Positions 24,359-32,173 of a DNA stretch of 64,000 nt are shown piece after piece (positions within the stretch are counted from its first letter, which is position 1; every line of letters begins with the position of its first letter). A model generated the notes under the pieces. The model was not told where the DNA came from and did not search any database. It was given only the letters and a program-made list of their open reading frames with translations. The translations under genes and the position numbers were made by a program. Source of the stretch: an uncultured Planctomycetota bacterium (GTDB lineage Bacteria; Planctomycetota; Planctomycetia; Isosphaerales; Isosphaeraceae); assembly GCA_963845755.1 (NCBI GenBank), contig CAWJTV010000011.1, forward strand, positions 1,088,001-1,152,000. Direction: 5' to 3'.

Positions 24359-24703
24359 ATGAGCATTCCCCCTCGGACGATCCGGCGCGACACGCGGGTG
24401 TTCATCAGCGCGGTCACGCGCGAACTGGGCTCGGTGCGCGACCTCGTGAAGAAGGGGCTCGAGGACAACGACTATCACGCCGTCGAGCAGAAGAACTTCC
24501 CGCCCGATTACCGCGACCTGAAGGAGAAGCTCCGCGAGCGGATCAACTCGTGCGACGCCGTGGTCCACATCGCCGGGCAATGCTACGGGGCCGAGCCGCC
24601 CGAGAAGCCCGACGACGCCCCCCGGCGCGGCTACACCCAGCTCGAATACGACATCGCCAATGAGTGGACTGCCGTTCCTATCAAGGAATTCTCGGGATCG
24701 TAA
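24359..24703 (+). pseudogene. Truncated DUF4062 5' fragment, paralog of 32174 gene
   Basis: RVFISAVTREL...CDAVVHIAGQCYG...YTQLEYDIA, then abrupt loss of homology at ~24658. Confidence 0.85.
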
Positions 24704-24764
24704 TCGCTTGAATAGGTTCAATAACGAGTTTCATTCATGACCCTGCGATCCCAGGCGGTTCGTT

Positions 24765-25772
24765 TCAGAAGAGAACCCCCTGGGGCGCTGCGAGCAGTAA
24801 TGGGAGGTCGGCTCCTCTCTCACTGGACGCAACGAACTTCCTTATCTCCTCTTCCGGCCAACCTTCCATGAATCGAAAGGCTGACGTGAGGCTGTAGTCT
24901 CGTTCACATTCGAGAGCCAACCACTTTCGCCCAAGCAGTTCCGCAGCCTCGCCTGTGGTATTTGACCCCGCGAAGATATCGAGGACGAGGTCATCTGGAT
25001 CGGTGAGGAACTTGATAAAGAATTCCGGGAATGATCGCGGAAACCTCGCAGGGTGCGGAGCCAGATTCATAGTCTTGCAAATGCGGATGTAGAGTGAGTT
25101 GCTCTCCGTGTTTGGATATTGCAAGAGGTTAGACGGGATGGCACCTCCATTATCCCTCCCGAAGCCACTGCTGATATCGTGACCTGATGGCCGATCTTTC
25201 GGTCTGTAGAACTTGTCTGGGTCTTCGATGAGTTTCTTCATGCGCTCGCTGTAGGGGGCCAGTACGTTGCTGACATTGGCCTTGGGATATTCGGTCTTGG
25301 ACAGCCACCAGACCGTGTTGACTGAATCCTTCGCACGGATCTTCTTCTTGTTCACCCACTCGATGGGCGAAGGCAATTTAGCCGGATTGTGCCAAAAGAA
25401 CTCTTCGGCGAGATGGAAGCCTTGCTCGTCACATAATCTTATCAAAACTCTATAGTTATACAGGGATCTGACCGGAACGCCCCGCTGGTAGGCACCGCCG
25501 AGGTCGAGCACAAAGCTGCCTGTGTCCTTCAAGACCCGACGAACAAGCGGCCCGAAGGAGACGAGCCATTCGACATACTCCCGTTGCTCGCGGTTACCGT
25601 ATTCTTTCTCGCGCAACAGGGCAAATGGCGGCGATGTGATCACCAGATCGACGGAGCTTTCATCCAAGCATGACAGATAGTCCTCTGCGAATGTGACAAT
25701 CGCTTTTCCGAAGCGGGTGCGGTAAAGCTCAACGGGTTTGTCGCCATGCCTTCGCATCAGTGTCGCGGCCAA
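24765..25772 (-). CDS. Beta-class N4-C/N6-A DNA methyltransferase, M.PvuII-like
   Basis: ITSPPF catalytic motif IV before HPARFP and motif I VLDIFAGSNTTG. Confidence 0.92.
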   Translation of the reverse strand: MAATLMRRHGDKPVELYRTRFGKAIVTFAEDYLSCLDESSVDLVITSPPFALLREKEYGNREQREYVEWLVSFGPLVRRVLKDTGSFVLDLGGAYQRGVPVRSLYNYRVLIRLCDEQGFHLAEEFFWHNPAKLPSPIEWVNKKKIRAKDSVNTVWWLSKTEYPKANVSNVLAPYSERMKKLIEDPDKFYRPKDRPSGHDISSGFGRDNGGAIPSNLLQYPNTESNSLYIRICKTMNLAPHPARFPRSFPEFFIKFLTDPDDLVLDIFAGSNTTGEAAELLGRKWLALECERDYSLTSAFRFMEGWPEEEIRKFVASSERGADLPLLLAAPQGVLF

Positions 25773-25785
25773 AGTCTCGCTCCCT

Positions 25786-25834
25786 GTCTGTAGACTATGC
25801 GTAACGGTATCGTAAAGTCTGTAGACCTATAGTA
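25786..25834. promoter_or_regulatory. C-box-like operator between MTase and C gene
   Basis: GTCTGTAGAC at 25786 and 25817; AGTC-TGTA-GACC-TAT-AGTA fits the GACTnnnAGTC-TGTA-GACTnnnAGTC C-box pattern. Confidence 0.7.
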
Positions 25835-25849
25835 TGCACTGCCCAGAGA

Positions 25850-26104
25850 GTGGCGTCAACGGTGGTTTCCCACCAAGACGCAGCGAAGGGCGTGGACTTG
25901 AGCGACGTAACCGTCCGTTTCGGGAATCGACTTCGTGAGATTCGCCTGCAGAGGGGCATTTCCCAAGAGGAACTTGCCGAACGGGCTGGGCTGCACCGAA
26001 CCTACGTCAGCAGCGTGGAGCGGGGCGAGCGGAACATCTCGCTCGTGAACATCGAAAATCTCGCTCGGGCCTTGGGGGTCACGCTGGGCGAACTCATGCC
26101 TTAA
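25850..26104 (+). CDS. XRE-family HTH, R-M controller (C) protein-like
   Basis: FGNRLREIR...SQEELAERAGLHRTYVSSVERGERNISL; divergent from MTase. Confidence 0.88.
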   Translation: MASTVVSHQDAAKGVDLSDVTVRFGNRLREIRLQRGISQEELAERAGLHRTYVSSVERGERNISLVNIENLARALGVTLGELMP

Positions 26105-26131
26105 CCGCTGCCTGGAACAAGGGCAATCGAG

Positions 26132-27642
26132 TTGGGATTCAAGACCAATCGAGAGTTTCTCCGCAACATCAGCATTGGAGCGGTCGGGGTTCGCAAAGTG
26201 GCTGACCTCCTGACTGCGGCGGCTTCCAGATCATCGAGCTTGAACGCGGTTCGAGGAGCAACAAGATTTGGAAGGATAAGGATAAGAAGAGGCGTATGCC
26301 CGATCTCCTCTGCTTGAAGACAGGTACGCGCTTCGAAGTCGGGCGAAGAGCGCTCTCACGGTTACGATGTCCGATGCTAAGAGGCCAGAAAGGGCTTGGA
26401 ATAAAGGCTTACGAAACAGCGATGTAATTGCATTCATCCGATGCTCTCAGCAAGGGAGTAAGTGGGTGCCAAGCAATCGGATGACGCTGTTCAAGGTCGG
26501 TGAAATGGGGAGAGCCATCCGTCTCGCGAGTCGGAGCAAGATCAAGGCTGCATCTGAGGGTAGCGAGCTTCAGCTAACATGGCCAGCGACCATCCCGAAG
26601 GAAGGTGGCCGCGTTGTATCGATTTCTCGAGACCAGATCAAGATGAAGCTGAATTCGGGCAAGGATGGGAAGTGCCTCCTTCAACGTAGGAAGAAAGCTA
26701 CTGCCCGGACAAGCCGAACGAAACAAGTGAAATTCCGACTAAATCCCCATGTGAAGGCAGGCGACTCGTTCGGAGACGGGGACACGATCATCGCTTCATC
26801 AATGTCGAGTCCTGTTCCGCCGATCTGTCCCGTGGTCTCCCGATACGACTTCCTCGCCGATCTTCGGAGTGACGAGCGTGAGACGGTTTATGCCGCCGTG
26901 AAAGCCCTCGGATTTCTGCCCGAGTCTGCTCAGCGAAGCGTCCCTGCTCTGCGCCACATCATGAAGGATCACGCTGACTCATTCATAGGACTTGAGGCCG
27001 CTGCGTCGCTGGCTCGACTAGACGAATCGGTGGGATGGAACCGGATCGCTCAAGTGGCGACAAGGGAAGGATCGATCGAACTTCGCATGGAGGTGGCACT
27101 CATTCTTGCTGAGTTTCAGGGAGATGAAGCCTTGAGGCTTCTCGCCGATCTCGCCCGTAACCCCTCCAATCCTCCTGAACTTCGCGCGGCAGGTGCCTGG
27201 GGCATGGCTGGGCAGCCGCGAGATCTCGGCGCGACCGCGCTCCTGAGATCTCTTGGCCGGCGAAGATGACACAACCACGATGCATGCGATTGTCGCCGCT
27301 TCGCGACTTCTGAACGATCAGAGTTTGGACACCGCTCTCGACCTAATTGGCAGAGATGAAAGGCAATCCGCAGGGCTTGTCCGAGCCATCATTGCCTCAG
27401 GCCGCAAACCCGTCGGGAAGATCGTGATGGGGCTGGGGAAGGCCCCCGCCAGTGCTCGTCCATGGCTGATCTATCTTCTCGCCTCGCTCGGCCGTGAGAG
27501 TTGCGAGTCTCACCTTATGGCCCATGCACCAGAATTGCTGCCAGAGCTCGAATTCTTCTGGACCTACCACCAGGAGAACTGGACCAATCGCTTGGATGTC
27601 GCGGATCAGATTGACTTCCTCATGGGGCAGTTGCCTGATTGA
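26132..27642 (+). CDS. Putative PD-(D/E)xK endonuclease fused to C-terminal HEAT-like repeats; frameshifts ~26220, ~26340, ~27250
   Basis: Stitched N-terminus MPDLLCLKTGTRFEV-x-AK; C-terminal YAAVKALG, LEAAASLARL, RMEVALILAE, LRAAGAWGM helical repeats. Confidence 0.65.
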
Positions 27643-27784
27643 ATTAGGCCGCAGCCCGGAGCGGTAGGTCAAAAGGCGAACTCGTATTCACAGGCAAACC
27701 CAGTGTAAGGTCGCCTCTTTGTAGAAGGGCTTCGCCTCGATGATCACGGTGGGTCGCACGCGGAGGGGTTGCCGATCCGGGGCA

Positions 27785-28186
27785 TCACGCTCGGACCTTG
27801 GGTCCTGACTTGACGGCCTCCGGACTCATGACCGTCTCGAGCTCGGGTTGGCCGGCTTCGGGGCCGGTGTCAAGGCGATGATGGAGCGCATCGGGCTGAG
27901 GCGCGATCGACTCGATCATCAGCTCATCATCGGGGATCGACTCGCGAACGCACGCCTTCCCGACCGCCTCCATCGTCTTCTCGATGCAGACCCGGCGCCG
28001 GCCGTGGTAGGCGGCCAGCTTGCGGTGGTTACGCCTGTCCTGGAGGAGCCCCTCGAGATCCTCCAGGAATTGCTGGTATCCCTGCTCGATCACCCCGGGA
28101 CGGCGCGATTGCGAGGAATCGGGAGGAACGTCGCTTTGGAGGACTTGGAGGCCGGGCTGATCGGGGAGATTCTCTCGGGACATCAT
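27785..28186 (-). CDS. Hypothetical protein (DUF5678-like core)
   Basis: GAGGAG RBS; FLEDLEGLL...LAAYHGRRRV...IPDDELMIESI. Confidence 0.5.
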   Translation of the reverse strand: MMSRENLPDQPGLQVLQSDVPPDSSQSRRPGVIEQGYQQFLEDLEGLLQDRRNHRKLAAYHGRRRVCIEKTMEAVGKACVRESIPDDELMIESIAPQPDALHHRLDTGPEAGQPELETVMSPEAVKSGPKVRA

Positions 28187-28340
28187 GCCAGCTCCTCGGT
28201 CATCAGGTCCGTGAGCGGCAGACTTCACGGGAAAACCAGGAAGGCGGTTTTCGCCGGGCCTCTTACGATCGGCACCTTCTTCCGAAGCTAAGGGTTCAGG
28301 ACACGGGAGTCAATGGCAAGAGAGAGAACCCGGGCGCGGC

Positions 28341-30080
28341 GGGTGGAAGACGCGGTTGGCGCGGCGTTCGATCCCTGGTAAGCTGTCAAGGTGAGTTTCC
28401 CAGATTGTCTATCACCCGAAGTCCAAGGAGGGACCTCCGATGCCTTTCCAGAAGTCACCATCGATGGATCGAGACGGCGTCGAGCGGCTCGCCGAAGGGT
28501 GGGGGAAAGTCGTGGCCCGGCGCGTCCACGATGAGGTCGGGCCCGAGTTGGATCTCGACGCCGACGACATCGAGCAGATGGCCATCACCGCCGCCCGCGC
28601 CGTCGCTCGGGGCACCATCGCCGATCTGCTGGAGCGGAAGGCCGCGCTGCTGGGGCCCGAGCAACCCTGCCCGACGTGTCAGCGGCCTTGCGCCGTACAG
28701 CGCGAGCCGCGGGCCATCGACTTCTGGGGCGGCGCGGTCACCTACGCCGAGCCCCAGTGCCACTGCCCGGCCTGCCGCCGGGATTTTTTTCCCTCAGCGC
28801 CCGGCGCTACGGCTGACGTCCCATGACTACAGCCCCTCGGTAGTCCGCAAGATCGTCCGTTCCGCCACCCGCGAGCCCTCCTTCCGCGAGGCAGCCGAGG
28901 CCGTCGCCGAATTGGCCGAGGTGGACATCAGCGGCCGGCAACTCGACCGCATCGCCCGCGAACTCGGCGAGCAGTTGCGGTCCCAGCGGGATGAGCCGGT
29001 GGACCGCTTCCAGGCCGGCACGCTCGAGCCGCGCGTCGCGACACGGCCAGCCCTGGCGGTCGTCGAGGTCGATGGCGGCCGGCTCCAGATCCGCGGCGCG
29101 GGCCAGGGGCCGGGAGCCCACCAGGCCGCCTGGCACGAGGACAAGATCGCGATCCTGGCGACGATGGCCCCTGTCGTCTCCGAGTGCGACCCCGAGCCGG
29201 AATTGCCCGCCTGTTTCCGCGATCGGGCCTACGTCGAGAAGGTCATCGGGGCCATCGGCGGGACCGGACCGATGGGCCCGCCGGCCCCCGAGATCCAGGA
29301 GCCCGCCGTGCTGCCGATCCCGGCCGTCGCCGAGGCCGCCGAGCCGCGCGGTACGCCGGAGCTATCGGTGCGCACTTACGTGGCCACGACCGCCCCGGTC
29401 GATCGCTTCGGGCCGATGGTCGCCGCCGAGGCCCGACGGCGGAACTTCGCCGCGGCCGCCGCCCGGGCGTTCTTGGGGGACGGCTCGGCCTGGATCTGGG
29501 GGCTGCACCGCCGCTCTTTCCCGACCTTCGTGGCGATCGTTGACTTCCTCCACGCCCTGGCCCACCTCTTCACGGCGGCCCGGGTCATGGTCGCCGACAC
29601 CGAGGGCCGCTGGGAGTCATTCCAGGCCTGGGCGGAGGCCTGCTGGAACGGGCGGGTCGATCGGGTGATCGCGGAGCTTCGCACCTGGTGTGATACCCAG
29701 ATCGCCTTGTGCGGGTGCCCGCTGGAAAGGCTAGCCGACGACGACCCCCGGAGGATCGTCGCGCGGGTGCTGGGCTACCTGGAAGACAACCGGGAGCGGA
29801 TGGACTATCCGCGCTATCGTCGCGAGGGCCTCCCGTGGACGACCAGCCACGTGGAGTCAACGGTGAAGATATTCAACCGCCGGGTGAAGGGGTCGGAGAA
29901 GTTCTGGAGCGAGGCCGGTGCCGAAGCGATCCTCCAACTCCGTGCGGCCTTCCTTTCCGAGGATGGCCGCCTGGACCGCCACCTCAAGGAGCGGCCCAGC
30001 AGCCCGTTCCGCAGCTACAAAGCCAGGAAGACTGGGGAAGCCGCGTAACTCGTCAGAAAAACGAACCGCGTCTTCCACCC
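28341..30080 (+). mobile_element. ISKra4-family insertion sequence, 1740 bp
   Basis: Perfect 17-bp TIR GGGTGGAAGACGCGGTT (28341-28357 / 30064-30080); 8-bp target duplication GGCGCGGC (28333-28340, 30081-30088). Confidence 0.92.
28440..30048 (+). CDS. ISKra4-family DDE transposase in two frames joined at a T7-C3 run (28784-28793)
   Basis: CPTC...CPAC zinc motif in ORF A; VEVDGG, FLGDGSAWIW, VDFLHA, VESTVK...RVKG in ORF B. Confidence 0.88.
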
Positions 30081-30093
30081 GGCGCGGCGCCTC

Positions 30094-30223
30094 GGGCGAT
30101 TCGCATTCTTCCCGAATCGTCGGCCCGGTAGAATCCGGGCAGGAGGGATCCGCCATGCAGACCATGACGCTATCCCAGGACGCCGTCGTCGTGTTCCGGC
30201 TCCGCGTCAAGGGCCTTCGGCTG
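30094..30223 (+). repeat. ~130-bp leader + RBS + first ~22 codons, present 3 times (30094, 35773, 40567)
   Basis: GGCGATTCGCATTCYTCCCGAATC...GGAGGGA..CGCCATGC.GACCAT...CCGCGTCAA at all three sites. Confidence 0.9.
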
Positions 30224-30622
30224 CCCGTGACGGAGCCCCGGCTGCTCGCCTACCGGGAACTCGTCGCGGCCGGGATCATGGTGCCTGAGGGCGAGGAGTT
30301 CCAGTTCACCGACGACGCCTCGGCACGACGCGAGGAATTGCTGAACGAGTCGCAGGACCGGATCGAACGCGAGCGGTTCGAAACCCCCGATGCGAGCCAT
30401 CTCTCGGAGTCGGCCAGGGAGGTACTTCGCCGCCGCCTGGCGGGTGATCGGGAGGTGACGGACGCCAACCGGCCAGCCTATCGCGAGTTGGTGGCGGCGC
30501 GGATCATGATGCCGGTCCATTCGTTCCTGGGTGGCCCGGAATCGGACTTTCATTTCACCTATTGGGGATGGGAACGGCGATTCGAGTTTGCGGAAATGAG
30601 CTGCGCAACGAGAGCGTGTTGA
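30155..30622 (+). CDS. Hypothetical protein with internal tandem duplication
   Basis: AGGAGGG RBS; AYRELVAAGIMVP and AYRELVAARIMMP. Confidence 0.75.
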   Translation: MQTMTLSQDAVVVFRLRVKGLRLPVTEPRLLAYRELVAAGIMVPEGEEFQFTDDASARREELLNESQDRIERERFETPDASHLSESAREVLRRRLAGDREVTDANRPAYRELVAARIMMPVHSFLGGPESDFHFTYWGWERRFEFAEMSCATRAC

Positions 30623-31120
30623 CCGGCCGGAGGCGTAACCCCGATCCGGCAGGGATCCTGTCCGAATAACCGTCGGGAACGTGCCACCCGCCGATATCAA
30701 GCCGGGTCCGGAGCCGACTTTCCCTTCCACCCCCTATCCATTGCCCGACAAATCTCTCTTGCCCGGTCGCTGATCGACAGGTCGGTTTTCGGCGCGGCCT
30801 TGAGCGCCGCCTCATGGTCCATGCCGTTGCGATGCTACTCATATTCGTGGGCGATGATCGAATCCAGCCGGTCGCGGAGGCGCGATCGCTCGAATCACCG
30901 GGACGCTTCATCGTCGTAAGCCTTCTTGAGCAATTCGAGATTGAACACGCCGGAGTCGGCGATGAGCCGGCCAGCCGGCGCATAACTCCCTCCGATCGTG
31001 CCGCGAGGATGGAACGCCGCCCATCGGATACCCGCATCGCGGTCGGGCATGCCGATTTCCTGGATTCCCAGTTCGGTCATCCGCTGAGCGACGTAGTAAT
31101 CCATCGGCTTTCCGCTTCGT

Positions 31121-31606
31121 TCACTCTCCGGCCAGCCGCAATACAGTGCGGTAAACGCGGTCTGTCAGATACAACCCGGCTTGACACACGGCGTCAAGGG
31201 TCGGTCGAACGGCCGCGATGCGACCCTGTTCCTTGGCTCTGAGCAAGATGCCGGCCGTTCCGAGCAAGGGGATGTTTCGCCGGATGGCTTCTGTGCGGGC
31301 CGCGCGGTCGTCCAGCACGACGATGGCTCCGGGATTCTCGATGGCCAGCGATAGCACGGCGAGCTCACCGGCGTCGAGCCGGTTCGGGTCCAGTCCGGGA
31401 GCAATCCGCGAGACCGGCGCGATGCGCAACCAGGTCGCCGAGGCCAGTCGGATGGCCCGCACGTTCGGGTCGAACCGCTCGCCCGCGAGCACCTCCTGGA
31501 ACACCGTGTCCGGGACGGTCACGTCCGAGTCGGGGGGTTCGCGGAGGAGCTCCAGGCCGTTCACGCCCGCCAGTAGGATCAGGGGTGATGTGTTAACGAT
31601 CCGCAC
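31121..31606 (-). CDS. DUF3368-type PIN domain protein
   Basis: IVNTSPLILL...LDAGELAVL...VVLDDRAAR...GTAGILL. Confidence 0.88.
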   Translation of the reverse strand: MRIVNTSPLILLAGVNGLELLREPPDSDVTVPDTVFQEVLAGERFDPNVRAIRLASATWLRIAPVSRIAPGLDPNRLDAGELAVLSLAIENPGAIVVLDDRAARTEAIRRNIPLLGTAGILLRAKEQGRIAAVRPTLDAVCQAGLYLTDRVYRTVLRLAGE

Positions 31607-31859
31607 CGATGGGCAGCTCCATCTCGCGCCGGAGTTCTTCCTCCGTGACCTGGATGGCCTCGACTCCCGCCTCATGGAGCGCTTTCAGAAAGAGAACGCG
31701 GTTCATTCCGGCAATTTCCGCCGCCTTCCCTTGTGAGATCCGGCCCTGTTGAAACCACAGTACGGCTGTTGCGAATCGCATCGCCTCGCCCAACTGCTCG
31801 TCCGTACCCCCGCCGAGCGACGTCATCTCTTCGGGGACCTCGATTGTGATCGTCTTCAT
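31593..31859 (-). CDS. UPF0175-family antitoxin-like protein
   Basis: AGGAGG RBS; ISQGKAAEIAGMNRVLF; overlaps the DUF3368 start. Confidence 0.88.
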   Translation of the reverse strand: MKTITIEVPEEMTSLGGGTDEQLGEAMRFATAVLWFQQGRISQGKAAEIAGMNRVLFLKALHEAGVEAIQVTEEELRREMELPIGADR

Positions 31860-32173
31860 CGGTCGTACCTCCTTCTTCCGATTATAGCCCAGGCCCGTTC
31901 TTCCGAGCGAACATGCCATCGAGCCGACCAGGCCACCCGCCGGGCTGGGCTCCGGCGCCCTTCAGGCCACGGCATGGAGTCAACGCCCCTGACCCGGGCG
32001 GTGACCAGCCACGATCCGCATCCGAAAGTACCACCTCAAGGACTGTGCGTTCGATTCATCCGAAGGACGATTGTCGCCGCCGAGTCGGTCCGTGAACCAC
32101 CCGGATGCATCGACAACGCCCCTCCGTTATGATGAGTCTTGCTCGATCATGAACGCGGAGGGCGACGTCGGCC

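Noticed and set aside
27670..27730. Possible c-di-GMP-I riboswitch (GGCAAACC in a hairpin)
   Set aside because: Lacks the GAAA loop and GACGCAAAG elements, and lies between convergent gene ends
30895..31104. 69-aa minus-strand ORF downstream of DUF3368
   Set aside because: Plausible composition but no recognisable domain or clear RBS; may be a gene fragment
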